Of a stretch of DNA of 64,000 nucleotides, positions 10,461-21,302 are shown in pieces. Origin of the DNA: an uncultured Candidatus Saccharibacteria bacterium (GTDB taxonomy: Bacteria > Patescibacteriota > Saccharimonadia > Saccharimonadales > Saccharimonadaceae); contig CAMVNH010000001.1 in NCBI GenBank assembly GCA_947168825.1, positions 61,753-125,752 on the forward strand, read 5' to 3'. The translations under genes were made by a program, and so were the position numbers. The first letter of the stretch is position 1. Each line of letters begins with the position of its first letter. Below the pieces are notes generated by a model. It was not told where the DNA came from. It saw only the letters and a program-made list of their open reading frames with translations, and ran no database searches.

Positions 10461-11238
10461 CTTTGACCCTTTCAATAGTTGTTTTTAAGATTTTAGAAGT
10501 GGCTGGGATTTCGAATTCTGGATAGCTAGTGAGCGAGTTGACGACATTGACACCTTCGACGGTACCAACTGGCTCAACGGTGGTTTTTTGTGGTACTTCG
10601 GCGAGAGTGCGGCCGTATTCGGTGTTTCTCGAGTTGTATGCGACGGACATGAGCAGATCCGGCATACCGCAGGAAAATTCGGTGAGATCGGAGGCGCCGT
10701 TTAGCTTTAAAGTCTCACGCCATTCGGTATGAATTTGTTGTAGAAGATTGCGATCAAAGTTGTAGACACCGCAGGCGATAGCGTAGATATTTTTGAGTGC
10801 ACCACAAATAAGAATGCCGAGAGTATCATCGGTATATTCAATTTGGATGTTTTCGGTAGTAAAAATGTATTCAGAAATTTCACTGCTAGCGGTAAAAATA
10901 AATTTATCGCCGTAGGGTGGATTTTTCGCTTCAATTTGGTCGGCCATGCCTGCGCCAGCAAAGGCGGAAAAGTCTTTAAATTTTTCGAATGGCTTTTTGG
11001 AAACGAAGCCTTTTGAGGTGCAGATAAGCGGGATATCGGTAGGCAGTTTTGGTAGTATATCGTTGGCGGCGCTGGATGGAGCGGCGAAGATGTTAACTTC
11101 AGAATCTTGCAGGGTTTCTTCTAACGTAACTTTCGGGAATTTATATGGGTCGTAAAATTTTACCTTATGACCGTTATATTCGGCGATATCGCCAAGAACT
11201 TTGCCAAAGTCACCTGCACCGAGAATCGTGATATTCAT
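10444..11238 (-). CDS. gpsA: NAD(P)H-dependent glycerol-3-phosphate dehydrogenase-like protein
   Basis: ILGAGDFG, SKG, GALKNIYAIACG, G.PDL, SRN..YG, VEG. Confidence 0.8.
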   Translation of the reverse strand: MNITILGAGDFGKVLGDIAEYNGHKVKFYDPYKFPKVTLEETLQDSEVNIFAAPSSAANDILPKLPTDIPLICTSKGFVSKKPFEKFKDFSAFAGAGMADQIEAKNPPYGDKFIFTASSEISEYIFTTENIQIEYTDDTLGILICGALKNIYAIACGVYNFDRNLLQQIHTEWRETLKLNGASDLTEFSCGMPDLLMSVAYNSRNTEYGRTLAEVPQKTTVEPVGTVEGVNVVNSLTSYPEFEIPATSKILKTTIERVKDATKL

Positions 11239-11259
11239 AGACTAATTATAGCATAACTA

Positions 11260-13230
11260 CTAGGAGGCTTTGCCGGATTTGATATCTTCGATTAAATCGC
11301 GCAAACTTGCGGCACGCTCAAATTCGAGATTGGCCGCGGCGAGCTTCATTTCGGACTCAAGCTGTTTTACTAGTTTCGGAATTTCTTCTGGCGGAACTTT
11401 GCGAAGATCAAGCTGGTTTTTCTGTTCTTTTTCTGGAATTAGTGCGCGCAAGCCGGCACCGATTTCTTTATCGATTCCCTTCGGTGTAATATCATGTTCC
11501 TCGTTATATTTCTGCTGAATCTCACGGCGGCGATTTGTCTCATTAATAGCTTTTTCCATACTCTCAGTCATAGTGTCGGCATACATGACAACTTCGCCTT
11601 CGACATGGCGAGCGGCACGACCGATAGTCTGAATTAAAGCAGATTCAGAACGGAGAAAACCTTCTTTGTCGGCATCGAGAATCGCGACGAGCGAAACTTC
11701 CGGAAGGTCAAGACCTTCGCGAAGTAGGTTGATGCCGACGAGGACATCATAAACGCCAGCTCTCAAATCGCGCAAAATATCACCGCGCTCCAAAGTGTCG
11801 ATATCGGAATGAATGTAGGCGGTTTTGATATTGCGTTCTTTTAGGTGGTCAGTTAGATCTTCGGCCATGCGTTTAGTTAGAGTCGTAATTAAGACACGTT
11901 GACCTTTTGCGATGCGGAGATCGATTTCCTCCATAAGATCATCAATTTGGTTTTCGGTCGTGCGAACGGAAATTTTTGGATCGAGCAAGCCGGTTGGGCG
12001 AATAACTTGCTGGACTGGCTCTGGGGAATGCTCAAGCTCATACTCGCCAGGTGTGGCGGAGACGTAAATTGCTTGGTTGATATGGTTTTCAAATTCTGGA
12101 AAAGTGAGCGGGCGGTTGTCGAGCGCGGAAGGCAGGCGGAAACCATATTCGACGAGCGTTTCTTTTCTGGAATGGTCACCGTTATACATACCACGAACCT
12201 GCGGAATGGTCATGTGCGACTCATCGACAAGGAGTAGAAAATCTTTCGGGAAAAAGTCGAGCAGGGTGGCTGGCGGCTCGCCAGGTTTGCGGCCATCGAG
12301 GTGACGAGAATAGTTTTCGATACCTTTGACAAAGCCAGTTTCTTTTAGCATTTCGAGATCGTATTTTGTGCGCTGAGATAGGCGCTGGGCTTCTAGAAAT
12401 TTTTGGTGTTTTTCGAAGAAGGCGAGACGGTCATCGAATTCTTCTTTGATCGTGACGAGAGCTTTTTCGAGCTGGTCTTTTGGCGTGGCATAGTGAGTAT
12501 TCGGGAAGATATGAATGCGGTCGGGTTTTTCACGAACTTCAGCGGTCAGAGGGTCAATGACCTTCATGCTTTCGAGTTGGTTAAAGCCAAATTCAAAACG
12601 GTAGGCGTATTCACCGGAGGCCGGGAAAAGGTCGACGGTATCGCCCATGACACGGAAGTTGCCACGCTCGAAAGCCAGGTCGTTTCTATGGTATTGCATT
12701 GCCACAAGATGTTTTAGGAGATCTTGTTGCGTTAAGTTTTGGTCGAGAGTAACAAGTAGCGACATGGCGGTATAATGCTCCGGAGAGCCGATGCCATAGA
12801 TACAAGAAACGGAGGCGACAATAATGACGTCTTGACGAGTAAGTAAAGCTTCGGTCGCGCCGTGTCTTAAGCGGTCGATTTCATCATTAATTGCGGAATC
12901 TTTTTCGATGTAGGTATCGCTACTTGCGATATAAGCTTCCGGCTGATAATAATCAAAATAGGAGACAAAATAATGGACTTCATTTTTCGGGAAAAACTCG
13001 CGAAATTCGGAGTAGAGCTGAGCGGCGAGGGTTTTGTTGTGGGCAAGAATTAAGGTCGGTTTCTGGTAGTGCTGAATCACATTTGCCATGGTAAAAGTCT
13101 TGCCGGAGCCAGTCACGCCAAGTAAGGTTTGCTCACGCAAATGATTATCAAGCCCGTGACAGAGGGCCTTAATCGCTGCCGGTTGGTCGCCGGTCGGGGC
13201 ATACTTAGATTGAAGTTCGAACTTTGGCAT
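11260..13230 (-). CDS. uvrB: Excinuclease ABC subunit B
   Basis: [43 protein letters not shown]-terminal UVR domain. Confidence 0.98.
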   Translation of the reverse strand: MPKFELQSKYAPTGDQPAAIKALCHGLDNHLREQTLLGVTGSGKTFTMANVIQHYQKPTLILAHNKTLAAQLYSEFREFFPKNEVHYFVSYFDYYQPEAYIASSDTYIEKDSAINDEIDRLRHGATEALLTRQDVIIVASVSCIYGIGSPEHYTAMSLLVTLDQNLTQQDLLKHLVAMQYHRNDLAFERGNFRVMGDTVDLFPASGEYAYRFEFGFNQLESMKVIDPLTAEVREKPDRIHIFPNTHYATPKDQLEKALVTIKEEFDDRLAFFEKHQKFLEAQRLSQRTKYDLEMLKETGFVKGIENYSRHLDGRKPGEPPATLLDFFPKDFLLLVDESHMTIPQVRGMYNGDHSRKETLVEYGFRLPSALDNRPLTFPEFENHINQAIYVSATPGEYELEHSPEPVQQVIRPTGLLDPKISVRTTENQIDDLMEEIDLRIAKGQRVLITTLTKRMAEDLTDHLKERNIKTAYIHSDIDTLERGDILRDLRAGVYDVLVGINLLREGLDLPEVSLVAILDADKEGFLRSESALIQTIGRAARHVEGEVVMYADTMTESMEKAINETNRRREIQQKYNEEHDITPKGIDKEIGAGLRALIPEKEQKNQLDLRKVPPEEIPKLVKQLESEMKLAAANLEFERAASLRDLIEDIKSGKAS

Positions 13231-13262
13231 ATATTATTATTATAACATGAAAATGCCCCGCT

Positions 13263-13643
13263 TTAAAGCGGAGCTAAGATTTCGATTGGTACACGGGCAA
13301 TGAGTGAGCCGTTCTCGTCGAAATGTTCACGAATGCGAACTGAAACCTTGGAGCCATTTCTGATGATATAGTATGCGTCTTCGTCGTCGAAATCGAGCGT
13401 GGTGTGCGCACTGAGTCGAACTTTGACAATATGCAGATCGTTTAGCTGTCGATATTCGCGTCCAGAGACTGTGCCTTTGACTAAGCGTGACCTAGCTTCT
13501 GCTGTGCGACTCTCTAGCCGCTGCTCTCTAAGAGCATGGGTAAATGTGCATGCTAGTTCGCCAACTATAGCAAAGGACGCTGCGGCAACTAGAAGACAGC
13601 AGACTATAAAAATAACTGCAATAATCATGATGACGGTTTTCAT
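13263..13643 (-). CDS. Hypothetical protein with N-terminal TM and small beta-rich domain
   Basis: AGGAGGTGG SD before ATG 13643; terminator hairpin overlaps the stop. Confidence 0.65.
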   Translation of the reverse strand: MKTVIMIIAVIFIVCCLLVAAASFAIVGELACTFTHALREQRLESRTAEARSRLVKGTVSGREYRQLNDLHIVKVRLSAHTTLDFDDEDAYYIIRNGSKVSVRIREHFDENGSLIARVPIEILAPL

Positions 13644-13718
13644 TGGATCCACCTCCTAAAAAGTACTAACTAACAACAGTTCATCTTTTTATTTTATCAT
13701 ACTTGTTGTTTTTATCAA
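13644..13718 (-). promoter_or_regulatory. Promoter, short hairpin, GTACTTT box and SD leader module
   Basis: TTGATA-16-TAAAAT; AACTG-ttgt-TAGTT; AGTACTTTTTAGGAGGTGG. Confidence 0.6.
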
Positions 13719-14422
13719 TGCTTAAATGTATCATAGTAGTTTTCGCCGATTTTTGGGTGACCAATGCGGTTGGCGGCGGCAACAATGTCTTCGACGCGAT
13801 CGGTGGCCTTGAAGAGTTTTAAATCGCTGGCTTTGATCATACCGTTTTTAAGCATGCGAGTGCGATAGAGGCGAACGAGGGGAGCCCAGTAGTTTTTACC
13901 AACGAAAAAGACTGGCACTTTTGGCATTTTATTTTCTTGAATCAAGACCATGATTTCTGATAGTTCATCAAGCGTGCCAAAGCCGCCTGGGAAAAAGGCG
14001 TAGACTTTGGAGCTCATAGTGAGCATGACTTTTCTGGCGAAAAAGTAGTGAAATTCCATTGTATCAGTGAGGTAGGGGTTGGCAAATTGTTCATGTTCAA
14101 GAGTGATATTGAGGCCAATTGAGCGACCGCCGTATTCGAATGCACCACGATTGGCTGCTTCCATGATGCCTGGTCCGCCACCAGTAATGACGGCGTGACC
14201 GTTTTGAGCAAGAAGTTGGCCAAGTAGGCGAGCTTTTTTATAGAAGCGATCTTTTTCGGTTACACGAGCGGAACCAAAAACAGTTACACCTTGCGGGTAA
14301 GTGCGAATCGTGTGGAGTCCATGTAGCAGGTCGCGAGCGTAAGCGAGTGAACGCTCAAAATCGCGCTCGTCGACGCCGAGTTTTTCCATGCTTTTGATCC
14401 ATTTTTTTGCTTCTTGTTCCAT
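13715..14422 (-). CDS. LOG family nucleotide phosphoribohydrolase (TIGR00730-like)
   Basis: VFGSAR, TGGGPGIMEAANRGA, FFARK, PGGFGTLDE. Confidence 0.9.
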   Translation of the reverse strand: MEQEAKKWIKSMEKLGVDERDFERSLAYARDLLHGLHTIRTYPQGVTVFGSARVTEKDRFYKKARLLGQLLAQNGHAVITGGGPGIMEAANRGAFEYGGRSIGLNITLEHEQFANPYLTDTMEFHYFFARKVMLTMSSKVYAFFPGGFGTLDELSEIMVLIQENKMPKVPVFFVGKNYWAPLVRLYRTRMLKNGMIKASDLKLFKATDRVEDIVAAANRIGHPKIGENYYDTFKH

Positions 14423-14436
14423 ATAGTTTCCTTTGT

Positions 14437-15396
14437 TTAGATTTTTTGAATAGGCATTTGATGGAGTTTTTCGCGACCAGTAAGGATGCCAGTTTTTGCG
14501 CCAAGTTTACTAACGACGAAAGTGGAGTTAGCGGAGGCGAAGACGAGGGAGTCTGAAAAAGAGTGGTCGGCTGCGAAATGTGCAAGAAAACCAGAGCCAA
14601 AGGCATCGCCGGCACCGGTAGTGTCTTTCACTCTTAAGTCTTCGTAGAGTCCGATACGATAAGTTTCTGTGCCGTTAGTGGCGATAGCTCCTGATTGACC
14701 GTCGGTAATGATGACGTTTGGCACATAGTTATTTAGGCGAGTTAAGAGTTCGGTCAAGAGAGTACCGGGGACTAGCTCGCTAGCTTCGGTTTTGTTTAGC
14801 AGTAAGATGTCGACATGGGAAATGATTTTGAGAAGTTCGTGTTTATTTTTGAGTTCGAGTTTGCCAGGATTGAGCATGATTTTCGTGTTTATGGATTTGG
14901 CTTTTTGACAGAAAGCAGACAGGGTTTTTAGGTCGCCTCTAAGGGATGTAATATAGAGCCAATCTGGCCTGGTTTTTTCTAAAATTTCTGGGTCAAGATT
15001 AGAAAATTTGGCCGAGGCGCCGCGGTATGTTAGAATGGTGCGTTCTCCAGAACGACGATCAAGTAAAATAACTGAGCAGCCGGTATGTTTTTTAACCTTG
15101 GAGACATAACTACTGTCGATTCCCTCTTCATCTAGACAAGCAATTACCGCTTCGCCAGCAATATCGTGACCGATATTGCCGATAAAGATAGATTCGTGAC
15201 CGTGTCGGCTAAAACTAACAGCGGAATTGGTACCACCACCACCTACTTCATAGGATACGTCGTCGATATCGGCTTTTGTGCCAACGATGAGTTTACCAAA
15301 AATGGCATGATTGCCGTCCGGGCGGGCGACAAAATCGTCGCCATCCAGAAGATAGATATCTTGGAGCGCGGAGCCGAGGCTGACGATTCGAGCCAT
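14437..15396 (-). CDS. PfkB/ribokinase-family carbohydrate kinase
   Basis: GGGGTNSAV, DTTGAGDAFGSGF. Confidence 0.9.
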   Translation of the reverse strand: MARIVSLGSALQDIYLLDGDDFVARPDGNHAIFGKLIVGTKADIDDVSYEVGGGGTNSAVSFSRHGHESIFIGNIGHDIAGEAVIACLDEEGIDSSYVSKVKKHTGCSVILLDRRSGERTILTYRGASAKFSNLDPEILEKTRPDWLYITSLRGDLKTLSAFCQKAKSINTKIMLNPGKLELKNKHELLKIISHVDILLLNKTEASELVPGTLLTELLTRLNNYVPNVIITDGQSGAIATNGTETYRIGLYEDLRVKDTTGAGDAFGSGFLAHFAADHSFSDSLVFASANSTFVVSKLGAKTGILTGREKLHQMPIQKI

Positions 15397-16052
15397 TAGA
15401 GGGCGACTCCTCGACGGTCAGTTTCTTTAGTAAGCTCCTCAAAGACGGCAGCTGGATTTTGGGCAGTAGAAAGAGCGCTACCGACATTGATGACGCTAAA
15501 TCCGGCACGGGTAATTGCGCGAACATTGGTCATGTTTGCTCCACCATCCCAGCCGAGCTCGACGTCGGGATTGATTTTTTGGATGAGTGGAACTTTTTCG
15601 GTTTGAAGGAGATCGGCTAGTCCGCCTTGACGACCAAGCTCACCGCCGAAGACTAAAACGTGGTCAGCGGCTTTGATGGTTTCCTCGATACTGCCAGGAA
15701 AAGTAGATTTTACTAGGGCGACGCCGCATTTGATGCCAGATTCGTGAAGCTGCTCGAAGATAGGAATGAGGTTTTCTCCAGTCTCAGCGTGAAAAATCAC
15801 TAGATGCGGTTTTTTGGCGATAAGACTAGCTAGATGTTCGGATGGTCTTGCCACCATCATATGAAAATCGGCCTGCCAATTTTCTGGAATAGCAATATCG
15901 TTTTCTGATATAGTGATAGCCGGAGTGAATTGACCGTCGCAGATATCGATTTGTACACGTTTTGCGAAGCCTTGGTAGGCGGCGACAAATTTTTGATACT
16001 GCTCAAGGCTATTGGCGAGAATGGTGGGTACAATTTCAGCAGAACTAGCCAT
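15396..16052 (-). CDS. rpe: Ribulose-phosphate 3-epimerase
   Basis: IDICDGQF, DFHMMV, HAE, WDGG, VGSAL. Confidence 0.85.
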   Translation of the reverse strand: MASSAEIVPTILANSLEQYQKFVAAYQGFAKRVQIDICDGQFTPAITISENDIAIPENWQADFHMMVARPSEHLASLIAKKPHLVIFHAETGENLIPIFEQLHESGIKCGVALVKSTFPGSIEETIKAADHVLVFGGELGRQGGLADLLQTEKVPLIQKINPDVELGWDGGANMTNVRAITRAGFSVINVGSALSTAQNPAAVFEELTKETDRRGVAL

Positions 16053-16053
16053 A

Positions 16054-16490
16054 TTAAATCGTCTCCTTATCTAGACGTCCGATACGGCGGACGTAACGAG
16101 GTTTATTTAAAAATTGAGTAGTGAGAAAAGCTTCGATAATGTGGACATTCTGTTCTGGTTCTACAAAATCCGAGGAAAGGCAAAGAATATTAGCATCATT
16201 ATGCTGGCGGCCAATTTGTGCCAACTCGGGAGTATAGGCGGCGATAGCACGTATGCCTTTGAAGCGGTTGGCTTGCATAACGACGCCATGCGCGGAGCCG
16301 CAAATAATTATGCCTTTGACATTTGGCCGTCTTAGTACCTCTTTTGAGACGGCGACCGCAGCGTCGTTGAAGTCATCGTCTTCGTTATATTCGTTTGGTC
16401 CTAGGTCGATAAAATTGAAACTTTGGACAAGGCGGTTTTTGAGATCGAAACCGCGATGGTCAGAGGCAATAAAAACTGCCAAGGTATCCA

Positions 16491-16491
<1 letters not shown>
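16054..16491 (-). CDS. rpiB: Ribose-5-phosphate isomerase B
   Basis: IASDHRG, ICGSAHG, ANRFKGIRA, HNDANILCL. Confidence 0.9.
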
Positions 16492-17534
<1,043 letters not shown>

Positions 17535-17549
17535 TTAAGGATGATAGCC

Positions 17550-17637
17550 TTGACTTTTTAGCATTAGTGTGATATAATGAGAAGATAGGGCGCGTGCGGA
17601 TAGGCTGTGCGGCTGCTATGTACTTTAGGAGGTGGAT
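17550..17637 (+). promoter_or_regulatory. Promoter, G.U-rich hairpin, GTACTTT box and SD leader module (copy A)
   Basis: TTGACT-17-TATAAT then TAGGGCGCGTGCGGATAGGCTGTGCGGCTGCTATGTACTTTAGGAGGTGG; homologous to 51799-51890. Confidence 0.8.
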
Positions 17638-18207
17638 ATGAGAGAGTATGTAGACGAGATGGTGGAGCAGTATATACAGAATCGAATTGGCCTGGAGGGC
17701 GATGATTTAAAGATCTTAACAAACGTCGTTTCTGCTACGGCATACTACGGCGATGAGTTGAGTATTGATATGCTGGCCGATTTTGCTGGGGTCGCTAAAA
17801 AGCGAGTGATAGCGGTAATCGGGACAAAGAAGTCGAGCATGTATAGCTTGGCTTCTGAGATAATACTAAGGGGGTATTGGCCGTATAGTCAGCCTGAGCC
17901 TACGATTAGAAAAATCGTGAGGACGTATCTTGTTGAGAATCATATGGTGGTTTTTAGCGAGATAAAAACGGCGAAGATATTCAGAGGTTTTAACATCTTC
18001 TTTGAATATTTGTGGTCGGCGTCTTCGGATGAGGATGGATTTACGGCCAGTAAATGGATCAAGCTTCGTTTTGGTAGTGGTACTGCCAAGTCGGCGTTAA
18101 AATCTTTTATGGATAAGGCCTACCGCTATCAGGAACATGGTAGCTTGGATTGTGCGCTGAAGGCAATGAAGGCTGATATCTGGGACTACATATACGCCGA
18201 AGATTAA
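17638..18207 (+). CDS. Hypothetical helical protein, possible HTH
   Basis: ORF with own promoter and SD; LSIDMLADFAGVAKKRVIAVI resembles an HTH. Confidence 0.65.
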   Translation: MREYVDEMVEQYIQNRIGLEGDDLKILTNVVSATAYYGDELSIDMLADFAGVAKKRVIAVIGTKKSSMYSLASEIILRGYWPYSQPEPTIRKIVRTYLVENHMVVFSEIKTAKIFRGFNIFFEYLWSASSDEDGFTASKWIKLRFGSGTAKSALKSFMDKAYRYQEHGSLDCALKAMKADIWDYIYAED

Positions 18208-18217
18208 GAAAACTCTC

Positions 18218-18250
18218 AAAAAAAGACCCGCTTGCTTGCGGGTCCTTTTT
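18218..18250. terminator. Bidirectional intrinsic terminator
   Basis: AAAAAAAGACCCGC-ttgctt-GCGGGTCCTTTTT. Confidence 0.8.
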
Positions 18251-18260
18251 CTTGCACGAA

Positions 18261-18734
18261 TTAACGAGCAAAGTGAGCGAAGGCGCGGTTAGCTTCGGCC
18301 ATACGGTGGCAATCTTCTTTCTTCTTGAAGGCTGCGCCGGTTTCGTTATAAGCATCGACAATTTCGAGCTCAAGGCGTTTGCTATAAGGCATGCCAGAAC
18401 GAGCGCGAGCAGCCTGGACGAGCCAGGAGAAAGCGAAGTGTTGCTGGCGATGGCCAGAGATTGGGAACGGAATCTGATAGTTTGCACCACCAACGCGACG
18501 AGATTTCACTTCGAAATCTGGTGAAACGTTTGCAAGAGCTTTTTCGAAAACTTCCACAGGATCCTCGGAGCCGAGCTTTTTGGCAGCACCTTCGAGAGCG
18601 GCATAGACAGCGCGTTCAGCGGCTTGTTTTTTGCCGTCGAGCATAGATTTGTTAATTAAGCGCTGAATCAAAATTGACTGATATTTACGATCTGGATTGA
18701 CTTTTCTTTGGAGAGAAGTAGTAACTTTACGCAT
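18261..18734 (-). CDS. rpsG: 30S ribosomal protein S7
   Basis: EVKSRRVGGANYQIP, HRMAEANRAFAHF. Confidence 0.98.
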   Translation of the reverse strand: MRKVTTSLQRKVNPDRKYQSILIQRLINKSMLDGKKQAAERAVYAALEGAAKKLGSEDPVEVFEKALANVSPDFEVKSRRVGGANYQIPFPISGHRQQHFAFSWLVQAARARSGMPYSKRLELEIVDAYNETGAAFKKKEDCHRMAEANRAFAHFAR

Positions 18735-19147
18735 TATTTATCTCCTTTCTTCGCACCGTATTTAGAGCGGCCCTGTTTACGGCCATCAACACCTTGAAGG
18801 TCGAGCGTACCACGGACAATATGGTAGCGGACACCTGGAAGATCAGGAACACGACCACCACGAACTAGTACAACAGCGTGTTCCTGGAGGTTGTGACCTT
18901 CCCCACCGATGTAGGCCCAGACTTCTTGTCCGTTCGTGAGGCGTACACGAGCGACTTTACGAAGAGCGGAGTTCGGCTTCTTTGGAGTCTTAGTCGTAAC
19001 CTTAACGCAGACGCCACGTTTTAGCGGAGCAGCCTGGTTATAGTGACGAGTTTTTAGTGTATTAACAATAGAACCAAGAGCTGGAGCTTTTGATTTTTTA
19101 GCAGCCTTTTTGCGAGGCTTGCGAATCAACTGATTAATAGTTGGCAT
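18734..19147 (-). CDS. rpsL: 30S ribosomal protein S12
   Basis: [33 protein letters not shown]. Confidence 0.98.
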   Translation of the reverse strand: MPTINQLIRKPRKKAAKKSKAPALGSIVNTLKTRHYNQAAPLKRGVCVKVTTKTPKKPNSALRKVARVRLTNGQEVWAYIGGEGHNLQEHAVVLVRGGRVPDLPGVRYHIVRGTLDLQGVDGRKQGRSKYGAKKGDK

Positions 19148-19222
19148 TACAAAATCCCTGTTAATTTAATATTTAGGTGCGCCTAGCATTTGACGCATTG
19201 AAACTCTTAGATTGATTATACC

Positions 19223-19253
19223 AAAAAAGCCCCGATTTTTCAAGGGGCTTTTT
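19223..19253 (-). terminator. Intrinsic terminator overlapping the rpsL promoter
   Basis: AAAAAAGCCCC...GGGGCTTTTT; minus strand also reads TTGAAA...TGGTATAAT. Confidence 0.7.
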
Positions 19254-19257
19254 ATGA

Positions 19258-19755
19258 TTAAGCTTTGAGGATTTTTTTGTCGTATTTGGCTGAGCCAAAA
19301 CCGAGAATTAAGGTAAAGATGTTCGGTAAGAAAATTAGGCCAAGAGTGAATCCAATACCTTTCTTAAAGGCTTTAGCCAAACGATAATTGACATAGATAG
19401 CGACAATGGAGCCAAAAACAACGTTAAAGATTGCTGCAAAGATAGCTATCATATTAGTGGAACTAGATATTTCCATATTGTCATTGTATTGAATACCGCC
19501 GTTGACTGTTGCGATAATATAACAGCCAATACTTACAATAAGAAGATACCAGAACCAAGCTTTGATGCCGGAAATTTTGTAAATTATATAGGTATTATAA
19601 AAAGGAATAAGTGATTTCCAGCCAGCTTCGCCAGCCTTTTTAAAGATTTTCCATTCTGCAATAATGAGTAGAATGTAGTAGATAACAGCAAGGATACTGG
19701 CAGTGACTATTAATCCACCGAGTGCTCCGGCTTCTGTTGCAGTTAATGTTTCCAT
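19258..19755 (-). CDS. DUF5684-like membrane protein
   Basis: WKIFKKAGEAGWKSLIPFYNTY and LAKAFKKGIGFTLGLIFLP signatures. Confidence 0.8.
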   Translation of the reverse strand: METLTATEAGALGGLIVTASILAVIYYILLIIAEWKIFKKAGEAGWKSLIPFYNTYIIYKISGIKAWFWYLLIVSIGCYIIATVNGGIQYNDNMEISSSTNMIAIFAAIFNVVFGSIVAIYVNYRLAKAFKKGIGFTLGLIFLPNIFTLILGFGSAKYDKKILKA

Positions 19756-19825
19756 AGCTTTTTACTCCTTTAGCTATTATATATTTATCTAAGAATAACA
19801 TGCTTATGCTAAAAAGGCAATAGTT

Positions 19826-21265
19826 TTATTCTGGAAGCACTTCGGATGATTCGATGGTAGTTGTGTCTTCGACACCAGTTTGTTCCTCTGGGGTCTCAAT
19901 GACATCTTCACCTACTTCCTCTTCATTTTCGGTAGGACCTTCCTCTGGAGCAACAGTTTCCTCCGTCTGGGACTGCATAGCTTCTTCTTCGGCGTCTTCA
20001 CTGCCGCTACAGGTATATCCTTTTTCTACATAGATTGCGCGAACGGCATCAATATCGGTAATAACTTCGTCATTTTCGACAGTTAGGTAGAATAATGGCG
20101 CAGATGCAGCCGTAATTTGTTCGGCTTCGGCGAAATGAGAAGCCGTGAATGTGCTACCTGATACTGGGTAGCTACTGGAGAATGGATCGGTACTTAAACC
20201 TAATGAACGATACCATTCGGCATAGGCTAAGCGAGCTTGTGTGGCACCTTCGGCAGCAGATTCAGGGCTAATATAATTATAAGTGCCGGTCGTAGCGATA
20301 TCAGAGAGTTCATCGCCATAATAGTTGGCAATCATCTTTAGCTCATAGCTAGCGAGGGCGGAGTTATTGACGTCATCAGAGTTAGAAATGCGAGTACAAA
20401 TGAGTGATGACTCTTCCGCTTGCTCGTAGTAATTATCATTAGTAGTAACGGTTGTGGTATTTTTGTTGGACGAACCAGAGATGATAAAGAGGACAAAAAC
20501 AACGACAACTGCAATAAGGACCACGGCTGCGATGATGATAAGTGCGAGAACAAGGCTACTTTTTTTGGTGGTTGGCTTGGTCGCTTGTGTCTGCGTATCT
20601 GGTGTTGCTGGAGGGGTAGATGTTTCAGACTGTTGTTCTCCAACGATCGTGGTTTGTTGACTCGGTTGTTCGGCTTGTGGTTGTTCGACTTGTGGTTGTT
20701 CGACTTGTGGTTGTTCGGCTTGTGGTTGTTCGGCTTGGATATCAGCGATTGGTTCGGCAGGATTATTTAGGGATGGCTCTGGACTGGATTTTGGCTCAGC
20801 GTCTGTGATAGGAATAACTTTTGTAGAAGTTGGCTCGGAGTGGTCTGGAGCGGTCGCGGAATAATTAAAGGCAGAGCCGATAGCGCCTGGGACTGGTTCA
20901 GCTGGCTTGATTTCTTCTTTTTCTTCTGGCTCTTCGGCATCGGACGACAAGACTCCAGCGACTGGTTCGTCGTTGGTGGTGTCGGCATCGGGGGTTGTTT
21001 CGGTTGTTGGTGTTGATTCGACGGACGGTTGCTGAGTGGCTGGCTCAGAATTTGCGACGGCCTCGTTATTGCCGGCGGCATCGGCGAGCTGGTCGATAGC
21101 CTTAGAAACATCGGCTTGATCTGATGAGGAGAGATTGTTCTCAGCACCATAAAGACTGCCAGTAGAGGCGGTTGCGTCGTCGCCACTGATATCTGCAGGA
21201 GTTGGTGTTTCTGGTTCTGGTGCTGGGCCACTAGTTGGTTGTGGTTGATTTGGATCCGAATTCAT
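19826..21265 (-). CDS. Single-pass membrane protein with long acidic/Pro-rich disordered regions
   Basis: About 235 aa acidic N-region, TM, Cys-bracketed globular domain, acidic C-tail. Confidence 0.75.
   Translation of the reverse strand: MNSDPNQPQPTSGPAPEPETPTPADISGDDATASTGSLYGAENNLSSSDQADVSKAIDQLADAAGNNEAVANSEPATQQPSVESTPTTETTPDADTTNDEPVAGVLSSDAEEPEEKEEIKPAEPVPGAIGSAFNYSATAPDHSEPTSTKVIPITDAEPKSSPEPSLNNPAEPIADIQAEQPQAEQPQVEQPQVEQPQAEQPSQQTTIVGEQQSETSTPPATPDTQTQATKPTTKKSSLVLALIIIAAVVLIAVVVVFVLFIISGSSNKNTTTVTTNDNYYEQAEESSLICTRISNSDDVNNSALASYELKMIANYYGDELSDIATTGTYNYISPESAAEGATQARLAYAEWYRSLGLSTDPFSSSYPVSGSTFTASHFAEAEQITAASAPLFYLTVENDEVITDIDAVRAIYVEKGYTCSGSEDAEEEAMQSQTEETVAPEEGPTENEEEVGEDVIETPEEQTGVEDTTTIESSEVLPE
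20664..20738. repeat. Five tandem 15-bp repeats encoding Q(A/V)EQP
   Basis: GGTTGTTCG(G/A)CTTG(T/G) x5. Confidence 0.9.
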
Positions 21266-21302
21266 AAAAATTATTCCCTTATTATGATGCCTTTTTTATA
21301 TT

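Noticed and set aside
20664-20738. Possible CRISPR-like repeat array
   Set aside because: Direct 15-bp tandem repeats without spacers, in frame within a CDS; no cas genes.
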